The translations under genes were made by a program, and so were the position numbers. DNA of 63,991 bases, counting the filler, from Reticulomyxa filosa (Eukaryota > Protista > Foraminifera), in NCBI GenBank assembly GCA_000512085.1. It is 20 parts of 20 records of this genome, joined end to end, with 100 filler letters (N's around TTAATTAATTAA, not from the genome) between each part and the next. Parts side by side here need not be neighbours in the genome. Positions count along the whole stretch, not along the records: positions 50,317 to 59,410 come from ASPP01006323.1; positions 59,511 to 61,211 come from ASPP01014116.1; positions 61,312 to 62,410 come from ASPP01018152.1; positions 62,511 to 63,991 come from ASPP01000782.1; 16 more parts are not named here. One strand, written 5' to 3'. Under the pieces are notes generated by a model that did not search any database, was not told the DNA's origin, and saw only the letters and a program-made list of their open reading frames with translations. This document shows positions 51,678 through 63,991 of the stretch, one piece after another (within the stretch, counting starts at the first letter, position 1; each line of letters begins with the position of its first letter).

Positions 51678-52936
51678 TTATTTGGCGAGTGCAAGTTCTT
51701 TCGGAATCTGCCAGTCAATAGGCTCTCTGTTCATTTTTTGTAACAAGCTGTTTGCTTTAGAAAACGGTTTTGAGCCAAAAAAACCACGGTTAGCGGACAG
51801 CCCACTTGGATGTGCAGACGTGATAATTTTATGTTTCGTTTGATCAATAAACGCGGCTTTTTTTTGTGCTTCCTTTCCCCATAAAATAAACACAACACCG
51901 CTCAAAAGTTTTGAAATGGCTTTGATTACAGAGTCCGTGAACTCATGCCAGCCAAATTTCGAATGACTATTTGCCTACCAATCACACATAAAAAACGTAT
52001 GAAAAAATACAAATGCAAGAAACATTTTATCTTACCTTGTGAGCCTCAACAGTCAGAGCGGTATTAAGCAGTAGCACTCCTTGCATTCCCCAATGAACCA
52101 AACTCCCATGGCCAGGAGCTTCAAAGCCAACATCATTTTTTGCTTCTTTAAATATATTTCTCAATGACGAAGGCAAGGCTATTCCTTTTGCAACGCTGAA
52201 GCATAACCCCTCGGCTTGTCTGTCGTCATGGTACGGATCTTGCCCCAGTAGTACTACTTTCAATTGCTCTCGCGGACAAAGTTCAAAACAGCGAAATACT
52301 TGTTTGATTGGTGGAAATATTGTTTTTCCAGATTTTTCGGCCTTATTTGCATTTTGTTTTTTTTTTTTTTTTTTTATCAAAACAAATGCAAGTTTTATTC
52401 GCATCACAAAATGTATTACACTTTGGACTTAACTTGTGCCAAATTTTTTTTCAATTGTTTATAATATGACTTTTCAAATTCTTTCTTTAAGATCTCTTTC
52501 CATGACTCATCCAACAAGAGTTCGCAGTTGGAATACGTTACTAGTGATTCGTCTACAAATTTTTCTTTTGTTTCGCCATCACTTTTTTCTTTTTTTCCTT
52601 TTCGTTTTCTTTCTCTTTTTCCACTGGTCCGTTGTTCAATGGTTCTTTCACTGGCTCTTTGTTATTACTTTCGCTGTCGCTCACTTTTGCTTTGTCATTT
52701 TCGGAAACACCATTATTTTGAATAGGAGCGCTTTTGTTTGGAATGCTGTCTTTATTTTCCAATTCGCTGCTTGGTATTTGACGTGATCTTTTTGGGTTTG
52801 GTTGTTGAATATTGTCTCCGTCTTCCTCTAGTTTTCTTTTCTATGAGGAAAAAGCAAAACATTATGGGTAAATCTTTTACACATGTAGGGCTTATACCTT
52901 TGATTCGAGTTTTGAAAAATAATTGAGCAAACTCAT
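51678..52936 (-). CDS. UNG: Family-1 uracil-DNA glycosylase
   Basis: [61 protein letters not shown]. Three GT-AG introns; N-terminal MSLLNYF (PIP-like) and KRK (NLS-like). One homopolymer frameshift near 52590. Confidence 0.96.
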
Positions 52937-53392
52937 CACGAACCAGTGCTGGTCTTTAGAATACTTTGATCAAAAGATTAGTCTTAAAAATAGTCCCTTC
53001 AACTGCGGTTTCTTGGACTTTATCAAAAGAAGTGTTTGAAAGTGTTCAAGAAATTGCTTTTGAATGTCTTGGGAAGAAAATTCATAGTCAGAGAGCAAAA
53101 AGACACAAGTGAAAATGATGTTATGTATCGCGAACTGTTTCGTGTATGTCAAGTATTTTGTAAATGGATTGTGAAAACTTTTGTGGAGTAAAGAGATGAA
53201 TATTTCATTAAACTAATCCACAAAGATTTTGTTTACATATTAAAAAGGATGCGAAGGAAGAGAAGGAGAGCATCGGATACCATGTGTGTGCACTCCCGGT
53301 TCGGCACTCGTACGACGTAAAGAGTTTGTACGAATAGAATAAAAGCTGTGACTTGCCCCCTTTGACTTTGGAAGGAGAAAAAAGAGACTGAG

Positions 53393-54455
53393 TTACAATC
53401 GTTTGTTGACAGGGACCTCAAACCCCCCATAGACAATAGTGATGGAGTCAGTTTCAATTCGATATCGAATTGTGCCGTCATTCATTTCATATTTTACAAA
53501 ATCGAATGCAATTGCACCCGAGTTTTTAACTTTGTAAGTTTTTGCGGGATGTATGGAGTCGCGTGGCAGAAAAGTGGCAAAAAAGTGTCGAAGCCACAGA
53601 GAGTGTCCACTGACGACGACATTGGCATGAGCTTCACACGCCGAAGAGAACAGCCACTCCACAAAGGCATGTATTCGAGAGTCGCCTCTGACCAGAGAGG
53701 GTTTGAAGCCTTGTTTGTAATAAGGTTCCAATCGCTGCGCGAACCATTCTTCCCAGTTTTCCACGCGACCTTTGCTTCTTCCGTATGTGCGTATCGTCGT
53801 TGACACTGGCGGGATTTCACACGCGCCACACAGAGACATGCCGTCAACATTTCCTGTCAGTTCCTGTAGGTGCGACAACAACACCACCTTATCACTGCCC
53901 TTGTTCAGACGAGGGAACAATCCCACCGTCAGCGTTTCAATGCATCGACGGAGAGGTGAGCTCACGAGCAAGGTCCCCTTTCCATTTCTCAATATCAACT
54001 CTTGTGTGGACAGCTCCGTTGAGTCGCGGTCGAACAAGTGGTCCTGCAGTTTTTGGGCCTGATTTATGCCCACGTGCGATAACGGTGCGTCGATAAACAG
54101 CGAGTCGTTCTTCACAAAGATTGCACACTCGACTGCCACGACATACAACACGCGAAGGGGCCAGCGCCAATCCAAACTGCGATTGAACACTTCGTTCCAT
54201 GTACTCTCTGCGTGACGTATCACGATCAACTGCTTTCGCGTCTCTTTCGCCACGTCCTTTGTATCCACTTTTCCTGGGTCGTAATCTGGCAATTTACAGC
54301 GCTTGTCTTGGCGCGTAATTAAGTAATAGCACGACTTACCCACTATGTAACACTTCTTCCCTCCGTGTGTCAATAACAGCACGCCAATTACCGCCACTGG
54401 CCAGAACCAGTTTTTTTGCCAGTCAATTGGAAAGAAATTTACTTTGCATCACCAT
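53393..54455 (-). CDS. Histidine phosphatase / phosphoglycerate mutase-like protein with N-terminal hydrophobic anchor
   Basis: LIVIRHAESTWN, DAPLSHVGINQA, VSSPLRRCIET, LQE, VVSGHSLWLR. The nearest ATG (54455) needs a 1-nt correction. Confidence 0.88.
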
Positions 54456-54829
54456 CCTTGAATAGATTGATCAAGTTACTTTTCTGAAGAGGGAAAAAAA
54501 AAATGCTCGAAGAAAAATCTCAAGTTTTTTTGTGCTTAGTGACTACACATTTGTAAATAATGTATTATTTTTTGCTTTCTTGCCCAAAAGAGTGCCAGTC
54601 CGACAGCATTAGCGTGCAAAAAGGTAAATAACACCCTAACTATTTCTTATTCTTTTCTGCAAACTTAATAAATCTCGTGTGACAAACTTCGAATGAATTT
54701 TGGTTTCCTTTATTTATATCCTCCATAATTTCTTTTAATTTCATATGCTGAAAACTGGTGTGGACGAACAAGTGCATAGTGCTGAACGTCGTAACCCTTT
54801 TTAAAATTCAGTTCGAAAGGTGGAAAAAA

Positions 54830-56549
54830 TGTCGCTAAATTTTCTTCAACAGTCTTTTGGAGGATTAAAATGTCCAAAGCATGGTTTTTTGATAAATGTT
54901 CGCAACTACCGTGCACGTTACCAAAGACCCCACAAAAAAGCGATTAGACAGGTACCTTTGTGTATGGGAATGTCAAAAGAACGGATGGTACGTGAGTGGA
55001 CAAGCGAGCAACTGTATAAGCATCCTACGCTAGCAAAATATGTGATAGGAAACGATTGGAGTTGGTGGAATGATTTAAAGGGCTATGATATTAATTCGGA
55101 CAATAACACAGTTGCAAAACAAAAAGGAACAGAAGAGACAGCGCTGCCTTACGTACCTCCAGCGCAGGCAGAGGCACAAAAAATTCCAGAAACTGCACAG
55201 CAATTGTTCCATCAATATTTCCTTGAGTCATTTAATAAATGCCAGTCAATCAGTTTTGTTTTAAGTCCCTTTTCTTTTTATGGAAAAAAAGGGGGGGGGG
55301 AAGAAATTTCTGTAAAATTCTTGTCCTTTTTTTTTTTTTGAAAAATGAAAAAAACCATTATATTGGATGTATGACAATAGATGAATTAAAAGAAGAATTA
55401 AAAGTATATATCCAAAAATTTGCGACAGCAAAAAAAGAAAGAGATAAATTGGAAATGTCAGGAAACGAAACCGCACAAGGGATAACACTGGACGGCTTTG
55501 AAAGAGAAATGATCCGCATTGGATACCATCACGTGCTTGGACGATTAGCATATGCAAAGGAGAACGAGTTATCGTTAGAGGAGATTGCAACCAGCGAAGG
55601 GAAGAAATGGTTCGAAAAAGTGGAGGCGGAAATGCTTAGTTGGTACGAACAAATGCAATCGATGGAATATGATTTGGTGGACGAAACGACGTATGCGCAA
55701 ATAATGAAAGTATACCTGAGTCTGTTGGCAACACACGACGGTGAATCAACCGTGCAATTCAAAATAGACCAAGTGTTCAATGAGTTTAAAAGACATTGCT
55801 GGGAGGAAAGGGATCCACTCAAACCGATCACAATCATGGAAACTTCGCACTATCTTTACCCCTATTTCCAAGATCAAACCAAAAAATATCAATCGCTTCT
55901 CAGCGATTATACCTTTTATCTTTTACAATACAAACAGGATGTTGTCCGCGCTGTCGATATATTCTACCAAGCCATGGGTTTGTTGTTTTGCTTTGTTGTG
56001 TGGAATGCCAAGGCTCACATAAAAATAACGTGGATATATCGCACATAAATAAAAAGAAAGGGGAGTCGTATTGACTGAAAAGGCCAATCTGCTGTTGATA
56101 CAACATATTGTCAATCAAAGCAAATCGTCAAAAGAAATTGAAAAATTGTTCGATTTAATATTAAACTATTCCGCTGTGTCACCTTCCGTGAGTTTTTTAA
56201 TTCACTTTTGGATATTTGCTCTCCTTTGGGAGATTTGGATCTTTCCATGTCCATTTTGCGCTTACTTTTGTTTAAAATCAACTTAAATCGTGCCTATCCT
56301 CACGCTCCTGATCCGGATGTCAAATCTTTTGAAAACTCTTTGAAATGTGTTCGATTCGCCGTTGAAAAGAATTTTGCACGCAAGTCCTTTTATCGAGAGG
56401 CCTCACAAAAATGCCATTGGATACTACGACACATGAAACAGAAGCGTATTGGAGCGCCCGATGGTTTGTATATTATGCTCTACGAAATCTTGGGCCAAGG
56501 ATTTTGGGAGTTTTTGCCATGGCATTTGCGAGCCCAATATAGGCCATGA
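54830..56549 (+). CDS. Probable mitochondrial PPR-like helical-repeat protein
   Basis: Basic N-terminus. WYEQMQSMEYDLVDETTYAQIMKVYL and AVDIFYQAM|ERGVVLTEKANLLLIQH resemble PPR motifs. Two introns; frameshifts at short runs. Confidence 0.6.
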
Positions 56550-57172
56550 GTTTTCTCTTTCCTCGTTTTGATATGGTTATTTCTTGAGTTTTGGTTACTC
56601 TTATTGTTGTTTCAATTTGGATAATGCAATAAAATTTTACAGATCAAAGTTTTAAAATTCTTGCACCTTTATTTATTATTTCGCAACTTAATAAATGTTG
56701 TTCGTAATCAGGCTATCGCATGATGAACGTATTGACCAATTTCAAAAACATTAAATTGTTGAAATATCGACACTCTAACAAAAAAGGTTATATCACTTAT
56801 GTTTTTTAAAATAAAAAAGAAATACATTTTTAAGTTTAAAAAATGCTAGAAAAGAAGCCAGATTCGATTTGATAACAAAGTACTAATTTAGCTTTTATTT
56901 TTTGCGAATGTTGTTTGAACAATTTCAACCGTTCTCAAGTGTCCAAGAATTTTGTAATTCAAAAAAAGCAAATTCGAACAAGAGACGGAGTAATTGAAGG
57001 TTTAATCGTCTTTTTGAATAAAGAGTCAAAGGAAATGTCAATTCATAAAACTCACCGGCCACCACGATTGACAAAATGAAAACATTTATCTTCTTATAGT
57101 AGAGTGACAAGTCATAGAACAACAAATATTTTCTTAACAAATAGACAACAAATGGACAAAAACTAGGTGAAA

Positions 57173-59341
57173 TTAAGTATTGTTTTTGGATTGCTGTTTG
57201 GATGAACTATCAGGTTGGTTTTTAGAGATGAACTCATCACCAAAACAACAGTGTTTGGCTAAAGTCATAGCCTTGTCATGCTCTTTGTTTTCCAAGTAAC
57301 GTCGATATAATTGCAATGGTTTTAAAGTGACCACAGAAGATAATTGCCAACAATGACGTTTACGCCACCCATAAATCTGATTTTCTGTGTTTGCATATAT
57401 TATTCTTGATGTATAAGATATAATAAGAAAGAAGATAATAAACGAATAAACAAGAAAACATACGTTGTTTTTCAATGGCATTCCGTGGATTTTCATAGAC
57501 TTGAAGCGATGTTTCAGTTTTATGACGAACATAATCTTCAAACAATTCCAAAACAAAAAATCTGCACGTTGGTGCGTCAAATGAGTAAGTGCTATCGTTA
57601 CTTGCAACAATTGGATCTGTTTCTTTCTCTTCGGGCTATTAACATATGCGTCATATTAGAATATGCCTGCATACGCTATAGACCTCGTCATAGAAACACA
57701 AAAACAAGAACAAGGACAACAAACCAAAGAGAAGGAACGGGATAAAATGGGAATGCCTCCAAAATATTCGCGAGCAGGTCCAAGCAAGTTGGATTGAAAT
57801 AATCGATCCCGATGAGATTGATATTGTTCATGTTGTAAAAGGGGAAGACTGAGAATAACCCATGAAAAATCCACAAAGCAAACAATTAAAGAGTCAGAAG
57901 CAAACCATTCGCAGTCGTAGATTTGTTCTTTTCGATTCCATTTAGCAGACATTGGCCACACATTGTTTACTCGAACACTCAATTCCAAGTGCTGCGTTTC
58001 ATCTCCTTGTTTTGGTGATTGCAACTCCACTTTGTAAATATCTACATTTCCAACTAAATCCACGCATAATACATGCTTTCCGTCTGGCGACACACGGACT
58101 TTTCTTCCCAAATACTTTATTTTGCGATCCATCATTGTAAAAAGTACCGAACGATCTTGAAACCATCCCGTCGTTGGTACCCGATTGTGAAGATTCGCGA
58201 TTACACGTGGTTCATCGTCGTCGAATGTGATTAGCATTATTCCACTTCCCAATGCTAACAACAATACCATGTGACAATGTCAAGTGTGTGCAGCTCACAC
58301 AAAAAGATGAAAGGATGTAAATAATTTATATATGTACATATATATATATATATATATATGTGTATGTGTACATATATGCATTGAGATAGTATGATAAATC
58401 AATAGAAACCATTTTGTGTTGCCTTCGTATCGGTGAGATGCTCTGGTTGGCAACTGACGGCAAAAATGTGATTGAGGTGATCAATTCCGTCATACCACCA
58501 TTTGGTAATGACTGGATCAGGATATTGCAACTGTGAGAAGCGATTCAATTGTTCCACATACTCGGCGGTGTCTTCATTATGTTTCCATTGCAAGGAAATG
58601 GCTCTTCGGACCACGAGTCCTGACTTCATCAGCATGAGGATTTCAACCCATTGATTGGGTGATTTCACGTTGCCATTGCTATTGCTATTGCTATTGCCAT
58701 TGCCATTGTTATTACCGTTTTCATTTACTTGAGACCTTCGTTTCGGCGAGAAATGATTAGAGCATGTTCTCCACACCAATCCAGTGACGTCTCCAGGAGT
58801 GGTCGCAGGATATGCAAATGTCACGACTATTGCACCATTTGTACCATCATACACCACCACATCGCCCTATTCAATCGCCTCTCCAGAGACCGTTACACTG
58901 TAACACTGCTCAATCAATTGCCTTTTTTTTTTTCCCAACACAAAACATAGGAAAACAGAAAGAAAAAAAAAAGTCGCAAAACTGAAGCGGAGGCCACGGC
59001 CAAGAGGACCAATCGTTCATTTCTCCACCATCTCATGTGTCGAAACGGAGTAAATTCTCGAAACGTTCCTTGTAATGGAATACGCACTTCACTTTTGGTT
59101 GTTTATTTCAAAAGAGATGTCTTTGGAAGTTTCTCAAAAAAATAAAAATAAAAAGGATTTGAAACTCGGTGCAATATTGAGATTGGTCAGAGCGAATAAT
59201 AACGAAATTATTCACAAGCAAAGCAATGTGAGAACCATTGTCCGTAACGTCAATTGTAAAGTTATGTTTTTGATAGTATCCATGTCGCAAAGGCAGACAA
59301 TTTCCTTCATTTTTTCTGCGTTTGGCTTCATTCGACTCGTC
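57173..59341 (-). CDS. NBAS: NBAS/Sec39-family N-terminal beta-propeller region (5' partial, apparently C-terminally truncated)
   Basis: NGSHIALLVNNFVIIRS, FRHMRWW..LLAVASASGDVVVYD, VSPDGKHVLCVDLVGNVDIY, DCEWFASDSLIV and KPLQLYRRYLENKEHDKAMTLAK follow the NBAS motif order. Confidence 0.72.
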
Positions 59342-59510
59342 TTTTTTTTTTTTTTGGTGTTTGTTTTTCCAAAGTTCAAAGGGACTGAACTTTTATTAAT
59401 TTTTTTTTTTNNNNNNNNNNNNNNNNNNNNNNNNNNNNNNNNNNNNNNNNNNNNTTAATTAATTAANNNNNNNNNNNNNNNNNNNNNNNNNNNNNNNNNN
59501 NNNNNNNNNN

Positions 59511-59552
<42 letters not shown>

Positions 59553-59579
59553 GTATTTATTTTGTAAAAAGTGGCACGT

Positions 59580-60145
59580 ATGTACACAAACCAGTTTGGT
59601 TATCTATCCACGTGGTCATGGCTTGCGCTCTCTTGCAAGGGCACGAAGTCTGCTTCGCCAACATCACCAGCAGCTTACTTTCGCAAAGTGGGTCAGCCAA
59701 CTTTATTGTCATTGGTAATTCTCAAACCCCAATGGATGTGACATCAGTTCTCTTTTTTTTAAAAAAAAAAAAGCAATCAAAGATTGTAAAAACCTCCTTT
59801 TTTTTTTTTTATAAGAACATTGCAACATTTGTTTTTTTTTTTATATGGACAAAAAAAAAAAACAAAGTGCCGTAATTGTGATGGCACCACCCCCCACCCC
59901 CCCCCCCCCTCTCCTTTGCCCTTTTTCTTTTAATTAACTTTGGTCGGTGGCACACACCAACGCGCAGCCTCGAGAGACCACAGGCTTGTTTGAAAAGTTT
60001 TCGTTGATATCGAAATATTCTTGAATACAGTCGAACACGGCTGGGATGGTTGCCCCATCTCCAGTGATAATGCACGTGCGCACCTCATCGATGTCAATCT
60101 CATTCGTATCTTGCAACAACTTGTCATCACAACAAACACATATAC

Positions 60146-60181
<36 letters not shown>

Positions 60182-60876
60182 AATTACAACTCAAACTCTC
60201 CCTTTTGTAATAAAAAAACGAAACTAAATCAATTTGCTGTTGTATTTCAAAAATGAAAGGTTCGATAATAAGCTGTTGCAAGGTTTTCAACTTGATGACC
60301 AAGCGCAAGGAGTAGTCTCCATAAAAGCGCTCGTAATGCAACGAAAAGTCGTTTTGGTACTTGTCGTGCAAATGTTCCAACACGTTGGCACATATCATGC
60401 GCGCTCGAAAACGGCATTTCACTGCCTCGGCTTGTTTTTTTTGTTCAATGCTGTTCGTGAGATTTGAGTTTGAAGAGGAAGCTTGAAAAGAATGCTTTTC
60501 GTCGTTGTCTTCATTGTCATCGTTGTTACGATGATTACGATAATTATCATATTTCTTTTCTTCTTTTTCATCACCATCATTGTTATCATCATCATCACCA
60601 TCTTCTTCTTTTTCTTTGGTAGGAACCGCGCTGGATGGGTGATGGCCACTCTTCTCATCCGTGTAGCCGTCAGATAATTCAAGCAACGTCAACGAGTTAT
60701 ATTGCGCCAAAATGCGATCGGCCATTGACAGCTTCTTCTGATGCTTGGACGACCCTCTGGGCTTCAAAAGGTGGTCCACGCTCTCTGGCGGATGCAATGT
60801 GTTGCGCACTTTTGTTTCGATCGTCGTTGGAGGAGCTATTGTGTCCGTCAACGGCAGTGACTTTCTCTTTTTATTA

Positions 60877-60946
<70 letters not shown>

Positions 60947-61155
60947 GTTATCGTCAGTACGAGGGTAGCTGAAACGCGTGTCACCATGTTCGTTTTCATT
61001 GTCCTCAAAATTCTCCGCTTTCGAATTCAACGAGTCCGTCAAGTGCGATATGTGATATCGTTGGTACTGCTCCACAAATCGTGTCACCACATGCAATGAC
61101 AATTCATTCAGCAACATACCCACACCTCCCAAGTCACTTCCTGCAGTGCTATTAA
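59580..61155 (-). CDS. Atypical Hsp70-superfamily protein, internal exons
   Basis: LGGVGMLLNELSLHVVTRF; IDEVRTCIITGDGATIPAVFDCIQEYF; VVSRGCALVCA; AKQTSCPCKRAQAMTTWIDNQTG (SBD-like). Long low-complexity insertion in the NBD. Confidence 0.7.
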
Positions 61156-61168
61156 CTGGTATATATAC

Positions 61169-61205
<37 letters not shown>

Positions 61206-62749
61206 TATATANNNNNNNNNNNNNNNNNNNNNNNNNNNNNNNNNNNNNNNNNNNNTTAATTAATTAANNNNNNNNNNNNNNNNNNNNNNNNNNNNNNNNN
61301 NNNNNNNNNNNACTAGGATAAGGTCTCATTCTTGCTAAAAAAAAAATCTTGCTTGCTATACTTAAAATTTGCTAAATTCATTATCTTTTAGGACGCATCA
61401 AACTGAAGAGTATCGTCAATAAAGTAAATGAATTGTTGTTCCATTGATGTGCTTTGAATAAATGTTTATTTTATAATTTTCATTCGGTGCGTTTTAGGAA
61501 GCACTAAGTTTTTTAAGGAATTTGGAGGTCCTGAGATACCAACCACGTTGGTATTCCACAATTTATGAAAGAAATATTGAAATGCTTTTGTTTATTGTTT
61601 TATTCATTTTTTCATTATTCTTCTTTGTTATTTTAACTTTTTTTTACTTTGATTGTGTTTGTCTCTTTGGTTGATAAGTAAGATTGCATAAATATGCATA
61701 ATGTTGTATTTATTGATTACTTTATAAGGTATTTTAATTTTAGTATTGTATTTCGTGTGAGTGAGGTTTTGGTTAAAATGCTTTTTCCCCTTTTCTTTTC
61801 GTTTTGGAATTTCAACTTCCTCAACTAAAAAAAAAAAAAATATTTCTTTGGATTTGATTGGAGTGACCACAATCGATATCCTCTCGCCCGTTGCCAGTAA
61901 AAGAGTTGCTATCTCAGTTACCAGGAGTTTGCACCTCGATACACTAAAACAACTGAGGACAAGATACGCAGTAAGTTCTACTTCTCATAGTCACACCACA
62001 CAAAATGCAGAACCGACGACTATACTATAAAAAAATTGTTATCAATAACATCGAAGATGTAAGAGTATTCTTGATTTCATTGTATCTAATGGATTACACA
62101 TTATCAATACATTGCACGTTCATGAAAGACAATTCGACATCAAGCATTATGTTGCTGTTACATTCATAAAGAAAAACAATGTGAACAAGTACTAAATACA
62201 CACTGCAATGCAAAAAGTAAACAACAAACAACATTACAAAAAACAAAAATAAGTGTCTTAATACAGTTTGGTGCTTGTAATGTATTTATAATCTTTGGAA
62301 ATATATTCTTTCCAATGATAAGTATTTTTATACATATCAATACGATCTTGTTTACTCAATGGTCGTATGATTGTCATTGTGTTTCGTAAATGATCTTGGA
62401 ATGTTAATCTNNNNNNNNNNNNNNNNNNNNNNNNNNNNNNNNNNNNNNNNNNNNTTAATTAATTAANNNNNNNNNNNNNNNNNNNNNNNNNNNNNNNNNN
62501 NNNNNNNNNNAGATTGACAAATTGTAATTATAATGAGTTGATGTTAAGATAAAGAAATGGTAGACATTGAACAATTGAAAATTTTTTTAAATATTTGCGT
62601 GCTTATTTCATGTTTAGGTAAAATGAAGTTATTAGATAGTTTTTTCAATTGGATACGTATTGTTTCGAAATTAACTAAGCAATATGAAGAACAAACACTT
62701 AAAAACGAAGGAAAATAAGGACTGTTTAGTTTTCAGTTGTTCAGTATTT

Positions 62750-63382
62750 ATTGGAGATACTTTTGCACTTGGAAATATACTATAATATATTGCTGTCTTG
62801 TGATAATCATAAAGTGCATGATTTAATAATGATCACAAACCACTTCATGTTCCACCTCATAATGATCGTATTACTTGAAATCCTTGAAGGCAATCACATA
62901 ACTACATCAATATATACATATATGTATATGCATATATATTTATTTGTTTATTATATACATGTTTATTTACTTATCATATCAAAACTTCAGCTTCTTTTCT
63001 GATTACACCTTTACATTTTCCAATTATTCTTTTTCATTTATCGTAATATCATCTTGCAAAATTATTTCTTGTTCCTGTTGTTCCAGAAACAAAATTTCTA
63101 AATCAAATATTCTTCAAATGTGATGTTTTAATTAAATCAATTATTTCTGGATCTGCATTAATTAATATTGATCGAGGTATATATTGACTAGTAGTTGCTG
63201 TTGTTGTTTTTTCACTTTCTCTAAAATATATATCAATTATATTGTTTTGTTGTTGAGTTGAAGTAAGCGTGCTAGCTTCAGTTAAAGTATGCCCTTTGCA
63301 GATGGTTTTCCAAAATAGATTACCAAGTTGATTACCACATATTACCAGTCACTCAGAATTGATGAATTTACTCTCGAACAAT
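62750..63382 (-). pseudogene. Divergent beta-tubulin pseudogene
   Basis: VRE..CGNQLGNLFWKTIC..YIPRSIL..NFVSGTTGTRNNFAR*YYDK*..IRKEAE|CDCLQGFQVIRSL*GGT*SGL*SLL..YSIFPSAKVS. Stops, frameshifts, and a start codon reading ATT. Confidence 0.9.
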
Positions 63383-63991
63383 TGAAAGTTTCATATGAAG
63401 ATTATGCAAATGAATAGCATTTGAACAAGCATTTATTGCAAAAGCAAATATACACACCATTCAAACAGGAGCATTTTATCTTCATGATGCACCACTAATC
63501 AAACCTATTTTCGATTGTATCTTAATTCAACAAAACGAGCCATTCTTATCGCTTTTATAAGTCCAAATTTCCAAAACATATTAAAAATTTCAAAGAAATT
63601 GATAAAAGTAAGTTCATTTCATTGTCAAGTATCCCTTCTTTGTCTAATATTTCTTTAATTGTAAATTATTGGATATCCATTTGGAAGGATAATTTGAATT
63701 TCAATAACACCACATTTATATGATTTTTGTCTCAACAGCTTGTTTAATACACTTTGTCATCAAAGTCAATTTTGAAAGTGAAGAGTGTAAATGAAAATGC
63801 GGATCATTCCACCAAAAAATATGCTTCAAAAAAAAAAAACCCTTTTCAATTGAAAGTTACTTTTAAATTGGAATTGCATCTTCATCACTTTCATTTTAAT
63901 ATTGAAAAAAAATTTGAAAAAGTTCATACTCAAGATCAAATCAGCCAATAAGATGTCTTCACTGTCCCCAAATATGAATCAAACCCTCACT

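Noticed and set aside
52937-53085. Upstream mitochondrial presequence for a dual-targeted UNG (MNFLPKTFKSNFL...)
   Set aside because: It needs more than one correction to reach the downstream ATG; stops occur in all frames.
62833-63051. UGA-to-Gly genetic code reassignment
   Set aside because: The locus also has frameshifts and a TAA, intact genes in the window show no in-frame TGA at Gly sites, and TGA serves as a stop (23729, 56547). Kept only as a mutational-bias finding.
1-63991. tRNA, rRNA, CRISPR array or transposase/RT ORF
   Set aside because: None recognised by eye; a covariance-model or HMM search would be needed to exclude small RNAs.

Overview
This is eukaryotic, intron-rich, AT-rich DNA. 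It consists of 20 short, unordered contigs joined by 19 artificial 100-bp linkers (N44-TTAATTAATTAA-N44), so adjacency across linkers has no biological meaning. The AT-rich WD40/TPR family expansions, abundant pseudogenes, a VRE-start divergent beta-tubulin relic and microsatellite-filled introns suggest a foraminiferan such as Reticulomyxa filosa (inference only). Recognisable genes, mostly partial: a DUSP-domain USP, RACK1, an ADA2-like ZZ-SANT protein, Furry/Tao3, a GT10 core alpha-1,3-fucosyltransferase, an NmrA/SDR oxidoreductase, a CDPK, a P4-ATPase, cytochrome c1, HslU, ATG13, UNG, a histidine phosphatase, a PPR-like protein, an NBAS N-terminus and an atypical Hsp70. Also present are WD40/TPR/CAP-Gly/lipase/tubulin relics and a Tc1/mariner-type MITE family. 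The most interesting signals are (1) recurrent GGA->TGA (5'-G of GG to T) decay in dead gene copies, including five TGA codons exactly at conserved tubulin glycines; (2) an inverted pair of WD40 paralogues that differ mainly at predicted ligand-binding positions and share about 230 bp of 3' flank; (3) unusual intron signals (GTT donors, A-rich acceptors, donor-covering hairpins). All assignments come from motif recognition by eye. Many single-base frameshifts at homopolymers are probably sequencing errors, and exon boundaries are approximate.
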